Part shown: positions 22,561 to 35,941 of the stretch, piece after piece
Layout: each line of letters starts with the position of its first letter
Numbering within the stretch: the first letter of the stretch is position 1
Source of the DNA: Mobula hypostoma
Taxonomy: Eukaryota
DNA: 64,000 nucleotides
Direction of reading: 5' to 3'
NCBI RefSeq assembly: GCF_963921235.1
Contig: NC_086097.1
Span: 48,610,001 to 48,674,000 of the forward strand
Made by a program: the position numbers and the translations under genes
Notes under the pieces: generated by a model
What the model was told of the DNA's origin: nothing
The model's input: the letters and a program-made list of their open reading frames with translations, nothing else
The model's database searches: none

Positions 22561-25500
22561 ATAATAATAAGTAGGTTAAATGTCCAAATGTCTAGAAAAT
22601 CATCTTGGTAAATTAATTATTAATGTTAATTTGTTAGAAAATATGTTTTCTATGTGGAACCTCTTCAAGATTTCCTCTATGTGCCATGAGGAGGTATAAT
22701 CCAGGCAGAGAAAGGAGAAACACCAGATAGGTTATGTTCCACTCTTTTGTTAGATGTGTTACAGATATTTTTCCTGGGAGTGGAGCCAAAACATGTGCAG
22801 GGCAAATACAGGAATGGATGGCACAACTTTGTTCCTGTCATTTTTGCCATAATAATACCATGCATCTGGTTGCTAAGGAGTGTGGCAAGCATTTTTTTTA
22901 ATATCAGAAGGCTATATTATTAACTATAATCACTTTTAAAAAAAATACTTCAACTACAGCTTTGATCCACATTCCACTAACTTATTACAAAGATTTGTCT
23001 TTATCCTGTCTGAAAGAAAATATCTAGTTGTACATCAAATCTTTTCTGTAGCCATCCAAAATACTTAATTCCTTCTGCTACTGGACACAATCAATATCAG
23101 GAGGACTGATTTTTTTAAAAAAAAAGCAGAGTTCAAAAAAATTGAAGGTTGAGATACTATTCAGCATATTTAGATATGATATTCTCTAGATGGCAATGCT
23201 GGAGTTCAGGAACTTTTAACTCGTGAGCTGTAAAACAAAATCTACTTTCAATTGTTGTTATCTAAAAGGATAACAAAAAGTTGGGTAATGAGAAGATTAC
23301 AGAGTCTAGGTTTCTGACAGTTTTGAAATATAGCTGGTTTAGGATAAGTGCTAAGTTGAAAAAGTGTCAATCAATGCCACACCCTGTTTCTACTAGTTGA
23401 ACTCTTAGGAAAGACAAATTGCTTTCAATGTGAAAACAAATCGTTTTCCTCCCTCCCCACCCTGGGCCTCACTGTGTCTTTATTTCTGTCACTTTGCTTT
23501 AATTTACATTCTTTCATTTATTTTCCCACTGATCTTCCTCTGATTTATCTCTGTCGTTTCATTAGGCATCTTTGTATATCTCCACTATTATTCAGGTTTG
23601 TTGTTTGACTTTCCATGTGAAATTGTAATGATCCTGGGTATTGTATTTCCTCTAATTTATGGATTTCTGTTTCCTCCATCTCCCATCCCCATTCCCTGTT
23701 TGACTGTCCACAGAATAGTCTGATGCTTCCCTTGGACTTCGTGATTCCCTGTTCCTGTGTCTGTTCTCTGCTGCACTCATGGCAGTGGATAAGTTGATTA
23801 GCTTGGTAATTGCTGCACCTTTTGTCATGTGAGAACAGCTCCTGTTGATTATGTCACTCAGGTAAAATTATTTTGTTTGCATTTTAAATTTCACTCCTTT
23901 AATTACATTAGAGGCTATGTCAGTATCAGGGCAATTTTATACTGGCATCAGGGTAAATTGGAAATCAAATTATTTAATGTCTTTTAGAATGAAATCATGT
24001 ACAAGCATAACTGGGTTAATTTTGGGTACTATTACCCGATGCTAATGGAACAGTAAAGGCCTCAAAATGGGTACCAAATAAATAATCTGTTTTTAATGTC
24101 CGGAGACCGAAGACTTCCACAATCACAACCCCCCCCATCCCATCCATTCCTGCCGGCAGCCTCAGTCCACTTTACTCCGACTAATTTTGAGACTGTGTCA
24201 GGACATCTCCTCAGTGCCTCAAAGCAACCCTGGGAAATGTAAGCAAGACCATCAGAGAGAGAAGGGTGAGCAGGTTCTCGGCCCCAAAATGGACAGACAC
24301 AATGCACACTGTCCTTCCTTTATATCAAGGCAGCCCAATTCTAACCTGAGGAAATGCTATGCAGTCTTTTTGTGAAGGTTATGGCCTCAGCACCATGCCT
24401 GCTTTGTTTTTCTTCCTCGTTTGGTCACCCCTTTACAGTGGCTTCCTGCCTTTTTTGTACGCTGGCCTCCTTTATGCCTGGGTACCACCTCTGCCCATAG
24501 CACGTGAACAATTCATCCACTGACTTGCTGCATAACATCCAGGGGTGCACGGGCCTGCATTTCCTCCCCCTGTTGTTTTACAGGAATAGTCTAACGCATA
24601 GAGAAATGCATTCCTTGTAAAGCTGCACAAGTAGGAGGGTTTACATCGGGAGTTGAGTCAATCACGACCAAATTCTAATGCACTGAGTTAATAATTGAAC
24701 AGTTTGCCTGTTGATATCTAAGTAGCCACCACAATGGTTATTGTTATCTAAATGCAGAACATTTCACGGCAGCTATAATCGTTTTGTTTTTTTGTTTGCC
24801 TAAAGATAAGAAAAAGAGTAGCTGTTGTGTGAATACATGTTTTTCTCCAACAGCAGCTTTTCGATTATTCCAAAGACTCTACTGGACAAAATAGTATTAA
24901 ACTCATGCCAAATCAGAGCATGGCAATGTTCGAATACGATTGAAAACAAAAGGGCAAGTTATAAAATGAGATGTAGTTACTGGACGGGAAATAATAATCA
25001 GTAAGTAAGTATTGTAAGCTTGATGTTCACTTGATTGGTTGAAGATATTATAGTTAAGAAGCTATTCAAGTGGCCCTGTTTTCCAGAAACTAGCTGTCGG
25101 GTTACTTTAACATGTTTAGACTGAAAACTTGTGTAGATTGATACAACAGTCAGCTGGCTTTTGTCCTACACCATGTTCATCTGACGGAATTGTGTATTTT
25201 TGACATATTATCTGCACCCTACAACTGGGCAAGTTCCCAGCAAAAGGTTTCTGTGGAGCTAGAATAAAGTAATCTCTGGAAAGAGTGTGGAGGTCCCTTA
25301 TCTGATCTGGCTCAAATCCAGTGCATAGTAGGTGGTCTTTCCCTCATCTAAAGAATGTTGTTATTCCCCCTATCATGCAGTGACAGGATAGATGCTATTT
25401 TCCCAACTCACCTAGTGCAACCAGACATCACTGACTAGGTCAGCAGCAGGGCCTTGTGCGCACAATTAATCAAAATGAGAAACAAATGTGGAAGGGGGTT

Positions 25501-27167
25501 GGGCTCGGTGTCTAATGTTAGCAGCAAGAAATGGACCCACTGCATATCAGCACTCACTTTCACACTAAAAGCAACCGAAAACAAAGTGGGGAAGTGAGAA
25601 AACAAATGGATTTCCTACTATTGCTGAAGATCAATTCTAACCCCATGTTCCTGTGGAAAAGCAAGGCTGGGACCATTAATGACATTTATGTTAATGAGAT
25701 ATTATGTACAGTACTTTAATTGCCTGAATTTTGTCAGGTCTGGGAGTGCCAACAGGATCTTTCCTCCAGCTCGACTGCTCAATTTATTTGGACAGTCCCA
25801 TCCTGTGGATAACCTCCCCAACCAGTTTCTGACTCTATGTGATGCTCAATTGATAGGAAAGTGTACTCCAATGTGTGAAATAAAAATGTGTGAAATCAGC
25901 ATCACAACTTCCACCCGATCAGTTTGTACAGGCAGTTCCTGGGTTACTTAAAATTTCTGTTTCTGAGAACTTCCCCGAAACTGATTTTTTCCATAAGTCG
26001 GTGCAGCTCAGCACGTACAGAAGTAAATGGCAAAAGGGACTTCGGTGTGAGATGGAATGTAGACTGCTGGGATTTGGTTTATCTCAATACTACACTTTAT
26101 ATGACATTAAATGATGTAATATGTCCCTGGTTGCATATAGCTATTCTCAGTCTGTCCTTTCATGCATTGAAAAGGACATATTATTAATATGGTGGATTTC
26201 TACAAGCTCTTACAACGATTCAGCTACAAAACCATGGTTTGCAAAAATCAAATTAAATAGGATTTGGAATTGGAAACTATTATTAGAATAGAATTGCCCC
26301 ACATTGTTGAATAGTATCCATTCGTTAAATTATATAGCTACCCATATCATATCACTCTCCCTATAATTTTTCATTTCATCAAATTTCTTATATGTTCACT
26401 TTAATAGTATCCATGATTAATCTTTGGAACATATACTGTTCAAGTTTTTCATGAATATTAGTTGCCACTTCTGCAACTAACTTTCCTTCCTTGAAAATGT
26501 CTTAAAATTTATAAGGAAGTTGGTATAAAGTCATATTTCCATAAGTTAGGTCTGCTATAACTCAGGGAGCTCCTGTACTGAGATATGATCCACTTGTACA
26601 TGAGTAATGCCAGCACTCACTTTAAAGGTAGCAGCAGCTTACTCTGATACAATTCCTACATGTGCTTTCTTTTAAACAACTGAGTTTATTTTTATTAAAT
26701 CGTTTCCAAAGGAAATGTGATTCTGCAGAACAAATAACTAATCATGTTATCACAGATCTTTAGTTGCCCTTGGACTAGCAGCAGATGGATGCAGTGACTG
26801 TCTTGTTCAACCATGCCAGCTTGTTCACTCAAACAAACTACCAATCTGACAGAATGGAGTTCCTTCAACGCCATACTAGTACCATTAGTTCAGAACAAAG
26901 TAAGTACCTAAACACAGGAATGCAATTCTTTTGATGGAAATTACACCCCTGTGGCCTTTTGATTTCTGAACCTGCCAATGGCCTATAGAGGGAGCTGCTC
27001 ATGGGTTTCCCATGTTGGCTTATTTCATTGTCATTGAGGTAAGCAATGGTGCAGTCATTCATGCCAAGTTACTGTTAGTAGCTTTTCTGCGGTTTCTAAA
27101 AATGTTTTTGGATAGAAAGCAAGAATACAGCAGTTTGTCTGCTTGGTTCTTTAGCAACTTGAAAATC

Positions 27168-27836
27168 TGGCTGGGTGGTCCCACAATAACAACCTCTCAC
27201 TGAATGTCAGCAAGATCAAGAAGATGATTAATGACTTCAAGGGGAGGAAACTGGAGGTCCATGAGCCTGTACATATTTGGGGGGGGGGAATCAGTTGTGG
27301 AGAGGGTCAGCAGCTTTAAATTCCTCAGATGTTATCATTTCGGAGGGTCCAGTACGTAAGTGCTATTATGAAGAAAGCACAGCAGCACCTCTACTTTCTT
27401 AGAAGTTTGTAAAGATTCACCATGTCATTGAAAACTCTGACAAAACATTACAGCTGTGTGGTAGAGAGCATATTGATTGGTTGCTTCATGGCCCGGTATG
27501 GAAACACCAATGCCCTTGTACAGAAAAGCCTTCAAAAAGTAGTGAATACAGCCCAGTCCATTACAGGTAAAGTCCTCCCCACCATTAAGCACATCTAAAC
27601 AGAGCATTATCACAGGAAAGCAGCATCCTTCATCAAGGATCACCACCATCCAGGCCATGCTCCCTTTTCGTTGCTGCCATCACGAAGAAGGTACGGGAGC
27701 CTCGGGACTGACACCACCAGGTTCAGGAACAGTGAACTGGGGAGATAACACCACTCACCCCATCACTGAACTGTTCCCAGAACCTACAGACTCATGCTCA
27801 AGGACTCTGCATGTCATGTTCTTGATATTTATTGCT

Positions 27837-27867
<31 letters not shown>

Positions 27868-28060
27868 CTTTTTTTTGAATTTGCAAAGTTTGTTTTTTTT
27901 TGTACATTGCTTGTTGTCCGTCCTATTAGGTGCGATTTTTCATTGATTCTATTGTGTCTCTTGAGTGTACTGTGGTTGCTCACAAGAAAATGAATCTCAG
28001 GGTTGTACATAAGACATTCAATATATGTACTTTGATAATAAGTTTATGCTGAACTTTGAG
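27168..28060 (+). mobile_element. Rex1/Babar-type LINE 3' fragment, decayed
   Basis: Homologous to 17171-18020 (aacaacctctcactgaatgtcagcaag...cacaccaccaggttcaggaacag); tgaacttt tail. Confidence 0.8.
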
Positions 28061-28589
28061 CTGCACTGTAAACCAGGTGCCATTCAAAAGTGCAGTAATA
28101 ACTGTGCATGGGATTAGCAGTATAGGTCCCCATACTGACAAGCACAGAACTGCAAGTGCTGTTTGAAGACCATGAAGGCAGGAGGTGCTGGTTGCTGGAG
28201 TAGTGCCATGAAGCTTACTAGGAATGCAGCCTGCCACCTGGGCAGAACTGACACTGCTGTAGAGTGCCAGTAGAATCTGAAATCAACCTTTGCAGAACCA
28301 CCATTTCACAGTACCTTTGGTGGAATATTGTTCCAACTTGGCTAATAGTGTTAGTAGAGTCATACAACACGGAACCCACCAAGTCTACACCCGTTTACAC
28401 CAATCCTATACCTGCATTGCACTTTCTCTGCAGCTGTTATGCTTTATTCTGTATAATTGTTTGATTTTGTTCTACCTCAATGCACTGTGTAATGATTTGA
28501 TCTGTATGAGCAGTGTGCAAGCTAAGATTTTCACTGTGTCTGAATAAAGCAATATTAATAGCAATAAAGCAGTATCAGTATTTTGCCCA

Positions 28590-28825
28590 TCAGCCTCCCC
28601 AGATTCTATCATTCACCTACACATGAGAGGCTGTGGCCAATGAACCGACAGAGCTGGCCATCTTTAGGATGCAGGAGAAAACTGGAGCACCTCGGGGAAA
28701 TCCACACAATCACAGCAGAACATGCATTCTCCACGCAGACAGCAGTGGAGATTAGGATTGAACTCAGGCTGCTGGAACTCTGAGAGAGCAACATTTTAAA
28801 CTCCCATCACTGTGCTCTGCCCCTA
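28590..28825 (-). mobile_element. V-SINE remnant
   Basis: ggagaaaactggagcacctcggggaaatccacac is the reverse V-domain. Confidence 0.6.
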
Positions 28826-29034
28826 TTCCCTGATAGGCAAAATGCCCTTGACTTTACCAGTCAAAACCTTAGTGCCCCATGGCTCAACTGCCTCCTTTCA
28901 ATGGATTTAGAGTCTAAAGGTGCAGATATATTTAGCTCTCCTCAAAGACATCTGTGTGAAGGGTGCTGCCAGCTATCACCATCCTTGACAGCCACTATGA
29001 ACCAATTGCAGGTTAATTCTAGCACACCTACAGG

Positions 29035-29280
29035 GAGTGTTGTCACAGGAAAGCAGCATCCATCATCAAGGACCTCCACCATTCAGGTCATGCTACCTTC
29101 TGACTTGTTGCCATCAGGAAGACAGCACAGGCTGTTATGTCCATCCATTTGGGTGCAGTCTTTCATTGATTCTATTGACTGTTTCTTGGATTTACTGTGC
29201 ATGCCCAGAAGAAAACAAATTTCAGGGTTGTATATGGTGACATATGTGTACCTTGATAATAAATTTACTTTGAACTTTTA
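29035..29280 (+). mobile_element. Rex1/Babar-type 3' fragment
   Basis: aggaaagcagcatccatcatcaaggac...aataaatttactttgaacttt. Confidence 0.7.
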
Positions 29281-30349
29281 AATTCTAATCTGAATTTACT
29301 CTAAATTGACTTACACACATGTTCAGCGTGAAAGAAATGAGGGAACCCAAGCATGAATACTGAATGACTGAATAAAGCAGTATTTCCTGTCATTCTGTTT
29401 CACATTAGAATACTGCTCTGTTCAAATCCGTTAGTCACACCCAAAGCTGTTGGACAATTCATTATTGCCCTCCAGAAGGTATTAACTATAAGATAGCAGG
29501 AAAATTGTCTAAAAATGGAATAACATTAAATGAACCTTTGGAGCAGTGTAAGCTGTGCATGCAAAGATCCATAAAGATTACTCAGATGCAGGACATCCTG
29601 TAAATATCATGCTTATTAGACAATACTTGTAAAAACAATTTCAAGGTTGTATCCTCAATACCCTTTCAGCTCAGAATCTGAGCTTATCATCGTTTGTATA
29701 AATTGCTTTCCAGAAATGTAAAGTAAGGAATTGAGAGTCTGGTGAGGACAGTAATTATAAATGACTCTGACACAAATTTATGATCAGTGTTAACACCCTG
29801 TTCACTGACCGCTACTGCGCAAATATAAAACTTCGGCAAGTCACTAATTAGAAAGGGAACAGCTAGTTCTATTAATATGAAAGCTGTGTACATACATCTA
29901 TTGATGCTTCTGGAATCATCGGGTGTTTCGGGTCTTTCAACATCATACAACCTCCTCCAGGTGACCAGGCCGGGGCTGATCAGACCCCAACTTGTGTCCA
30001 GATGGCTAGCTACTTATGACTAGTCAATATACTGCAGATTCTAGAAGCCTGAAATAAAAACAGAAAATCTTCTCTCCCTCTCGGCCGAATGGGCTACAGT
30101 TGGCCATTCAAATGTTATATTGCCTTATTTATCCCCCACTATTGTAGTAAGCTGACAGTTTACATTTTCCCACACCATTGCATTTCAGAGTTTTTACTTT
30201 GTTTTTGCTTTCTCTCTCTCAGTGCCATTATCTCACTACTTTTAAATTTCACTGTAGGTGTTATTTCAACTGCCCATTAACACATTAATCACATGACTTG
30301 TTCAACTACTTATCTCCTGGCAACCTTGACCTCACCCTATCAGAGATGA

Positions 30350-31060
30350 TTGGGATGGGTGCAGAAAGTCAGACAAGCCAAAGCATTGATATGTTCAGAT
30401 TCATCCTCAGTTCTAGCAAGTTTAAGGCCTTTTCACACAAACAGTCAGCAAGATGTACTTTATGAAGTCCTTCAGTTAGTTACAAGAATTGCAAATCAGG
30501 GAGGTCAGGTAAAATTTCTATGGGTTCCAGCACATGTAGGGGTGAAGGGGAATGAGAGGGTGGATGAGTTGGCAAAGAGGGCGTTAAAGAAAGTAAATGT
30601 GGAAATGCACATTAGTATCAGTAAAGCAGAGGTTAAGTGTGTAATCTGGGAAAAAGTCAACCGAATGTGGCAAGAAAGATGGGACAGGGAGGGGAAAGGG
30701 AGGCATTTATATCAAATACAAAAGAGTGTTGCAGTTACTAGGGTAGGTAATGGAAACAGAAGAGAGGAAATTGTGTGGACTAGGTTAAGGCTGGGGCATT
30801 GTGCATTAAACAAAACATTGAAAATGATAGGGAAACACCAGACAGGATTGTGTGAGGAATGTCAGGAAGAGGAGTCAGTAGAACATGTAGTTCTGAGCTG
30901 CAGGAAGTATGGGATACAGAGAGAGATGATGAGAAATAAATTAAGGGAGTTGGGGGTGCAGGAATTCACATTAAAAGGGTTGCTGGGCATGGGTGAGAGA
31001 GCACAAGTCCGGGTATTTTTAGCGTTTTTAAGGGGTACAGGGTTTTTTTATAGAATATGA
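30350..31060 (+). CDS. LINE ORF2 C-terminus: RNase H domain and CCHC zinc knuckle (truncated, transposon-derived)
   Basis: ICSDSSSVL...KFLWVPAHVGVKGNERVDELAK (RNase H) and RLRLGH...CEECQEEESVEHVVLSC. Confidence 0.85.
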   Translation: MGWVQKVRQAKALICSDSSSVLASLRPFHTNSQQDVLYEVLQLVTRIANQGGQVKFLWVPAHVGVKGNERVDELAKRALKKVNVEMHISISKAEVKCVIWEKVNRMWQERWDREGKGRHLYQIQKSVAVTRVGNGNRREEIVWTRLRLGHCALNKTLKMIGKHQTGLCEECQEEESVEHVVLSCRKYGIQREMMRNKLRELGVQEFTLKGLLGMGERAQVRVFLAFLRGTGFFYRI

Positions 31061-31259
31061 CGAATAAACAGGAATAGGATACTAGGATGGTCAAAGATGG
31101 GAGGGTGAAGTGTAGGTTTGTGTGTGTGTGTGTGTGTGTGTGTGCGCGATTGGGTGAAGGGATTTAGATTATATGTCTAGTGCACATTCTGGAGCAGAGG
31201 GTGGCGGTAATGCACCATTAAGCTGGATGCCAACCGCCGTAAAACAAGATACAGACAGA
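30354..31259 (+). mobile_element. 5'-truncated RNase H-bearing LINE (I superfamily, Nimb-like), apparently young
   Basis: TSD cagagatgattgg/cagaggtgattgg (30341-30353 / 31260-31272); uninterrupted ORF; 3' GGCGGT...ACCGCC stem and (gaca)n tail. Confidence 0.88.
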
Positions 31260-32570
31260 CAGAGGTGATTGGTTTGCCCTGCTCATTGCTTGCCCACCCT
31301 CTCAGCATTAAACTGATGGAAAATTAGCCTAAAATATTAATATGGATTCTCTTGCTCGTGATGCAACCTTATTTGCTGAATGCTTCTTGTTTTCTTTTGC
31401 AATATGCAGAGTTTAGTTTCATTGTTGAGTTTCTGGAATTTTTCTGCAAATTCTTGGACAGGTCCTAGGCTTCTTTGATATTTGGCCTACAACCTCACTG
31501 TTGGTAGACTTGTAAGCTGCATGTCCTCAGGCATATCAGTGATTTGGCTTGTATAAATCTGCGATCGTTTAGAGGCCCCGGGTTGTTTCTGGGAGGGATG
31601 AGGTTGGGGAGGTTGAAACAGAGAGAGGCTTTGTGGGAATTGATATAATTCTGCTAAATTGACATGCAGTTCCGAGAGGTGGTGTCCAGCCTGTTCAGAA
31701 TGAGACTTAGGCAATGCCTTGTTGCCAAGAACTCCCAAAGTAACATTCCTATTGCACACACATAGGCTTCTACACTTACAAACAGAATTTGGACACGTTT
31801 CATGCATGCTACCAAACATACTGCAAATTTAGATGACCCTTGAAGACATATCCCTGGGGCATGGTGCCAACAATTCAGTAGGTCACAATCATCCTGCTAA
31901 TGTTTGAAATTACAACTGAGCCTCCTTCATCTTCACAAAGACACAATGGGAAAAATTTAGTATGTATGTATGCCCACTTTAGGTGCTGGTGACACCTTCT
32001 TACAGTAATCAGCCTGTTCATTCTTATAAATACAGACTTTGCCCATGTCCAATTATTTTTGACTTGTTAAATATGATCAATTTGTTGCTTTATTGTGGCT
32101 TCTCAATACAGAAAACTGTTTTATTTAAAACTGGTTCTCAATCTGATCATTTTTATAGAATTACACAGAAATTACAGCACAGAAAAAGACCACTTGGCTA
32201 TGTGGTATATGTTCTATACATGTCTACTACCAGCTCTTCTTATTTAATCCAAGCAGCTCCTCTTTCCCTTTCGTTCTCCTTCATATGCTTGACTAACTTA
32301 GTACATCTTGTCATTCTCAGTCACGCAAAACATTGACAATTTACTTGTGGAGAATTAAGTTCCAAAATTTTCTTTTGGTTTGGGATTTCTATATGTTAGT
32401 ACCCCAATTCCCAGAAATCTTATATATTGCTCAAACAGCAAGAATAAGCTTAAGTCAAGGAAACCTCCCTTCTCATGCAGTTAACACCCAGTGTAAAAGT
32501 TGAGAGCAGCATCAAAGTCTGGAAGATTCAAGTATTGAACTTGCATTAATATTGGACTGTTACAACTAAA

Positions 32571-33365
32571 CATAAGAACATAAGAAATAGGAGCGGGTGT
32601 AAGCCATCTGGCCCATCGCGCCTGCTCTCCCATTCAATAATATCATGGCTGATCTGGCCATGGTCTCATCTCCATCTACCTACCTCTCCCCCATAACTCT
32701 TAATTCCCCTACTCTGCAAAAATCTACCTAAGGTTGTCTTTAATATATTTACTGAGGTAGCCTCCACTGCTTCATTGGGCAGAGAATTCCACAGATTCAC
32801 CACTCTCTGGGAAAAGTAGTTCCTCCTCATTTCTGTCCTGAATCTACTCCTCCAAATCTTGAGGCTATGTCCCTTATTTCTAGTCTCATCTGCCTCTTAT
32901 CTTATCTATCCCTTTCCTAATTTTATGTGTTTCTATAAGATCTCCTCTCATTCTTCTGAATTCCAGCAAGTACAGTCCCAGGTGACTCAATCTCTCCACA
33001 TAGTCTAATCCCCTCATCTCTGGAATCAACCTGGTGAAGCCCCTTTGCACCACCTCCAAAGTCAGTACATCCTTCATCAAGTGAGGAGATCAGAACTGCA
33101 TGTAGTACTGCAGCTGTAGCTTTACCAGTACCCTGTACAGTTGCAGCATAACATCCCTGCTCTTATTCAATCCCTCTAGCAATATTCTATTTGCTTTCTT
33201 GATAGCCTGCTGCACCTGCAAACCAACCTCTTGTGATTCATGCACAAGCACTCCCAATTCACTCTGCACAGCAGCATGCTGCAATTTTTTATCATTTAAA
33301 TAATAACGTGCTCCATTTTTCCTTCCAAAATGGATGACCTAGCATTTACCAACATTGTACTCTAT
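32571..33365 (-). mobile_element. CR1 LINE 3' fragment
   Basis: ORFs 32886 and 33090 (VQRGFTRLIP...RRMRGDLIET); (cataagaa)n tail. Confidence 0.88.
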
Positions 33366-33499
33366 GTGCCGATCCCCGCGCAACGCTCTATTTTTTTTAG
33401 CTCTTCTCCACGATGTGGGTGAAGCACTCTCTCTCTTCCAATTGACTGTCCACCGCTAATGCCTGAAGTTTGAATTGTATCAAATAACTGTTTATTTAA

Positions 33500-33745
33500 C
33501 ATAGAAAGTGGTGGGTATGAGGAATATACTGCCAGACATAGCGGTAAAGGCATATACAGTACATCAGGGACATTTAAGAAACACTTAGATAGACATATGG
33601 ATGATAGAGAATTGAGGGCTATGTAGGAGGGAAGGGTTGGATTGATCTTAGTTCAAAGTTCAAAGTAAATTTATCACCATACACAACCCTGAGACTGGTA
33701 AGATGAAGGGCCTGTACTGTGTGGTATAGTGTTCTCTGTTCTATG
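33500..33745 (+). mobile_element. CR1 3' end remnant
   Basis: gggacatttaagaaacacttagatagacatatggatg...gaagggcctgtactgtg...gttctatg. Confidence 0.6.
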
Positions 33746-34360
33746 TATCTGTATAGGTGTAGAACACCAAGCCTATTCTTAAGAAGAGCTTTGGATCACA
33801 AACTCAAACAAATAGTTTGTATGGTGACGTGTAGTCAGTGAGCCACACAACCGTCTCCAGACCTGAGCTTGCTCAATATGGAGAGACTGAGGAAATTACT
33901 GGCTGGTGTAGATGTTATCAACTGTATGTCATACTTCAACATACAGATTTAAGACACTTCTTTTCTGCCATTGCTTCATTTAGTTATATGAAAGACAAGA
34001 AAGAAAATGTTCTACCACACTCCTTGGTGTGATAGTTAGAAACAGATCAAATTAATTAGAAAAGAAATTTCACCTACGTAGTGCCTTTTGTTGCAACTGG
34101 ACTTCCCCAGGGAGCTTGGGTTCAATAAACACTTCAGAAATATAGCTCTCATGGTTAGGCAAGTAAGTAAACGGTAAAACTGTAATCCCGCCAGCCTTCC
34201 ACATTCTAACCCTCTGCACCAGCAGCCTTAGCAAAGCTTATTGTTGAGTTGAAATGTATCTGAGTGCATTCCTTTAATTATTCCCCCTCTTTAAGCTTAA
34301 GTTACGCACCATTACCCCTTTTGCACAGGTGGTGTCATTCCACACTTACCTGGGCGTGTG

Positions 34361-34375
34361 AACAATTATGCAAAT
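34361..34375 (+). promoter_or_regulatory. Adjacent Sox (AACAAT) and octamer (ATGCAAAT) motifs, candidate enhancer
   Basis: aacaattatgcaaat in non-repeat sequence; motif only. Confidence 0.3.
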
Positions 34376-35555
34376 GAGGCTTTGCTATTGGCATTTGCAG
34401 CTCAGGTGGCTCTTGAAACAGTCCAAACTAAAGCAGAGTCATTTCAGTTTGAAAGCAAAAGAACTGGTTCGTATAACTCAGCATGAAGAAGATTGTGCAT
34501 GTGTGTATGGTAATCATGAATAATTTTCCTAGTGAACTAAATTGCTGTTAAGCATGGCTGGGGTTTGCAATATGAATGAAATGCTACTCTTTGATTTTGG
34601 TGAATTTCCAGACTGTAATGGCATACTCCATTGCACCATGATGGAAAATGAGACAACAGGATCACTGAGTGCAACACAGTTTACAAATTAAACCAAATCC
34701 CATCTGCTTCTGTTCTTGGATCTCCAGCACAATTCCCATTCTCATCAAAGAGCATGTTATTTTCCAAGCGTGCTATACACATCTATATTTGAATATTCTG
34801 CTTCTCAGGCAGTGGCACATGGGTGGAGCTGGAATTAAGTAGATGAAGCACAGATTGGAAAGGGAACCTGGCTCAGATCCATGCTGTGGAATCAATGCTG
34901 AGGGGTTGTGTTACTGGCCAGCTTTGTAAGCCAGCCTCAGGTGCACTGGTAAGAAGGGCCTGGATTTTAGCCTGTGCCATTTTGTGGTGTATTGGGCAAA
35001 TGGGCCATGGGGAAAGGGATAAATTACATTGCAAGAATGTCCTTTAAATTGTTGCAGCTTTAAATATTTTTTGATAGGTTTCCTGATTACAGGCTGGAAG
35101 CATCTCAGATAGGAACCTTCCTCTGCAAGGATGGGCCTACAAGATTGATGATGTGTAAGGCACAGCTAAAGACTGGGTTAAGGGTAGTCAAGGAGTTTAG
35201 ATGACTGTGGAGGCAGAAGGGATTTGATGGTTAATGGTGAGGTTGGGAGTGTGCAGATTTAGTTGATTGGCTGTTAAATTGCAATCAGGCAGCTTCATTG
35301 TATTAATTAAATGAACAATCTACTTCCCACAGGAGGACTGGTTGTCCACCTGTCTTTCATACTGTCTCTATTAAAATCAGAAGCGGCAAATGGAAATATC
35401 ATTTTCTCTGTGTTATTCTTATTTGCCCAGTTTGTGTTCTTCTGACATTCAATTTGTCAATCTTTGTCTGTCATGTATAGTTTTTCATACAATTCTATTA
35501 CAATCTTTTTTCATCTAAATGACTGCAAGAAAATGATTCTCAAGGTAGTATATGG

Positions 35556-35557
<2 letters not shown>

Positions 35558-35594
<37 letters not shown>
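35558..35594. repeat. (TA)n microsatellite within a Rex-type 3' tail (~35400-35620)
   Basis: Directly visible. Confidence 0.9.
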
Positions 35595-35597
<3 letters not shown>

Positions 35598-35941
35598 TCA
35601 TAATAAATTTACTTTGAAATGTGGTTCCCAGAGAATTAGCAATTTTGGCCTCTGAAATAACAATGATCTACCTATTTTTGTGGAGTTCAGAGTCAGTCTG
35701 ATAAGCCAGTTTGTAAGTTAAATGACTCAATGCATTTTATTGGTAGTTGGTTTGTTATTGTCATATGTACCAAGGTAGAGTGAAAGACAATACTTACATG
35801 CCATCCATTGCGATCATTTCAAAACATAAATAGATCAAGATAATACAAAGTGCAGCCTTGCCCCCAGAGGACTTAAGGAAACTCTCAGCCATGTTACTTA
35901 TATTACACTATTTTATGACAACCTAACTACTAAGTCAATTA

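Noticed and set aside
24096..24206. Possible MITE with 12-bp imperfect inverted ends
   Set aside because: Only a 10/12 match, no TSD and a single copy; compatible with chance.
24853..25003. Acceptor and gtaagt donor around an open frame (SFSIIPKTLLDK...)
   Set aside because: Peptide not recognised and donor ambiguous; too weak to call.
30350..31060. Host or domesticated RNase H gene
   Set aside because: 5'-truncated, TSD-bounded and with a LINE 3' tail; it is a retrotransposon fragment.
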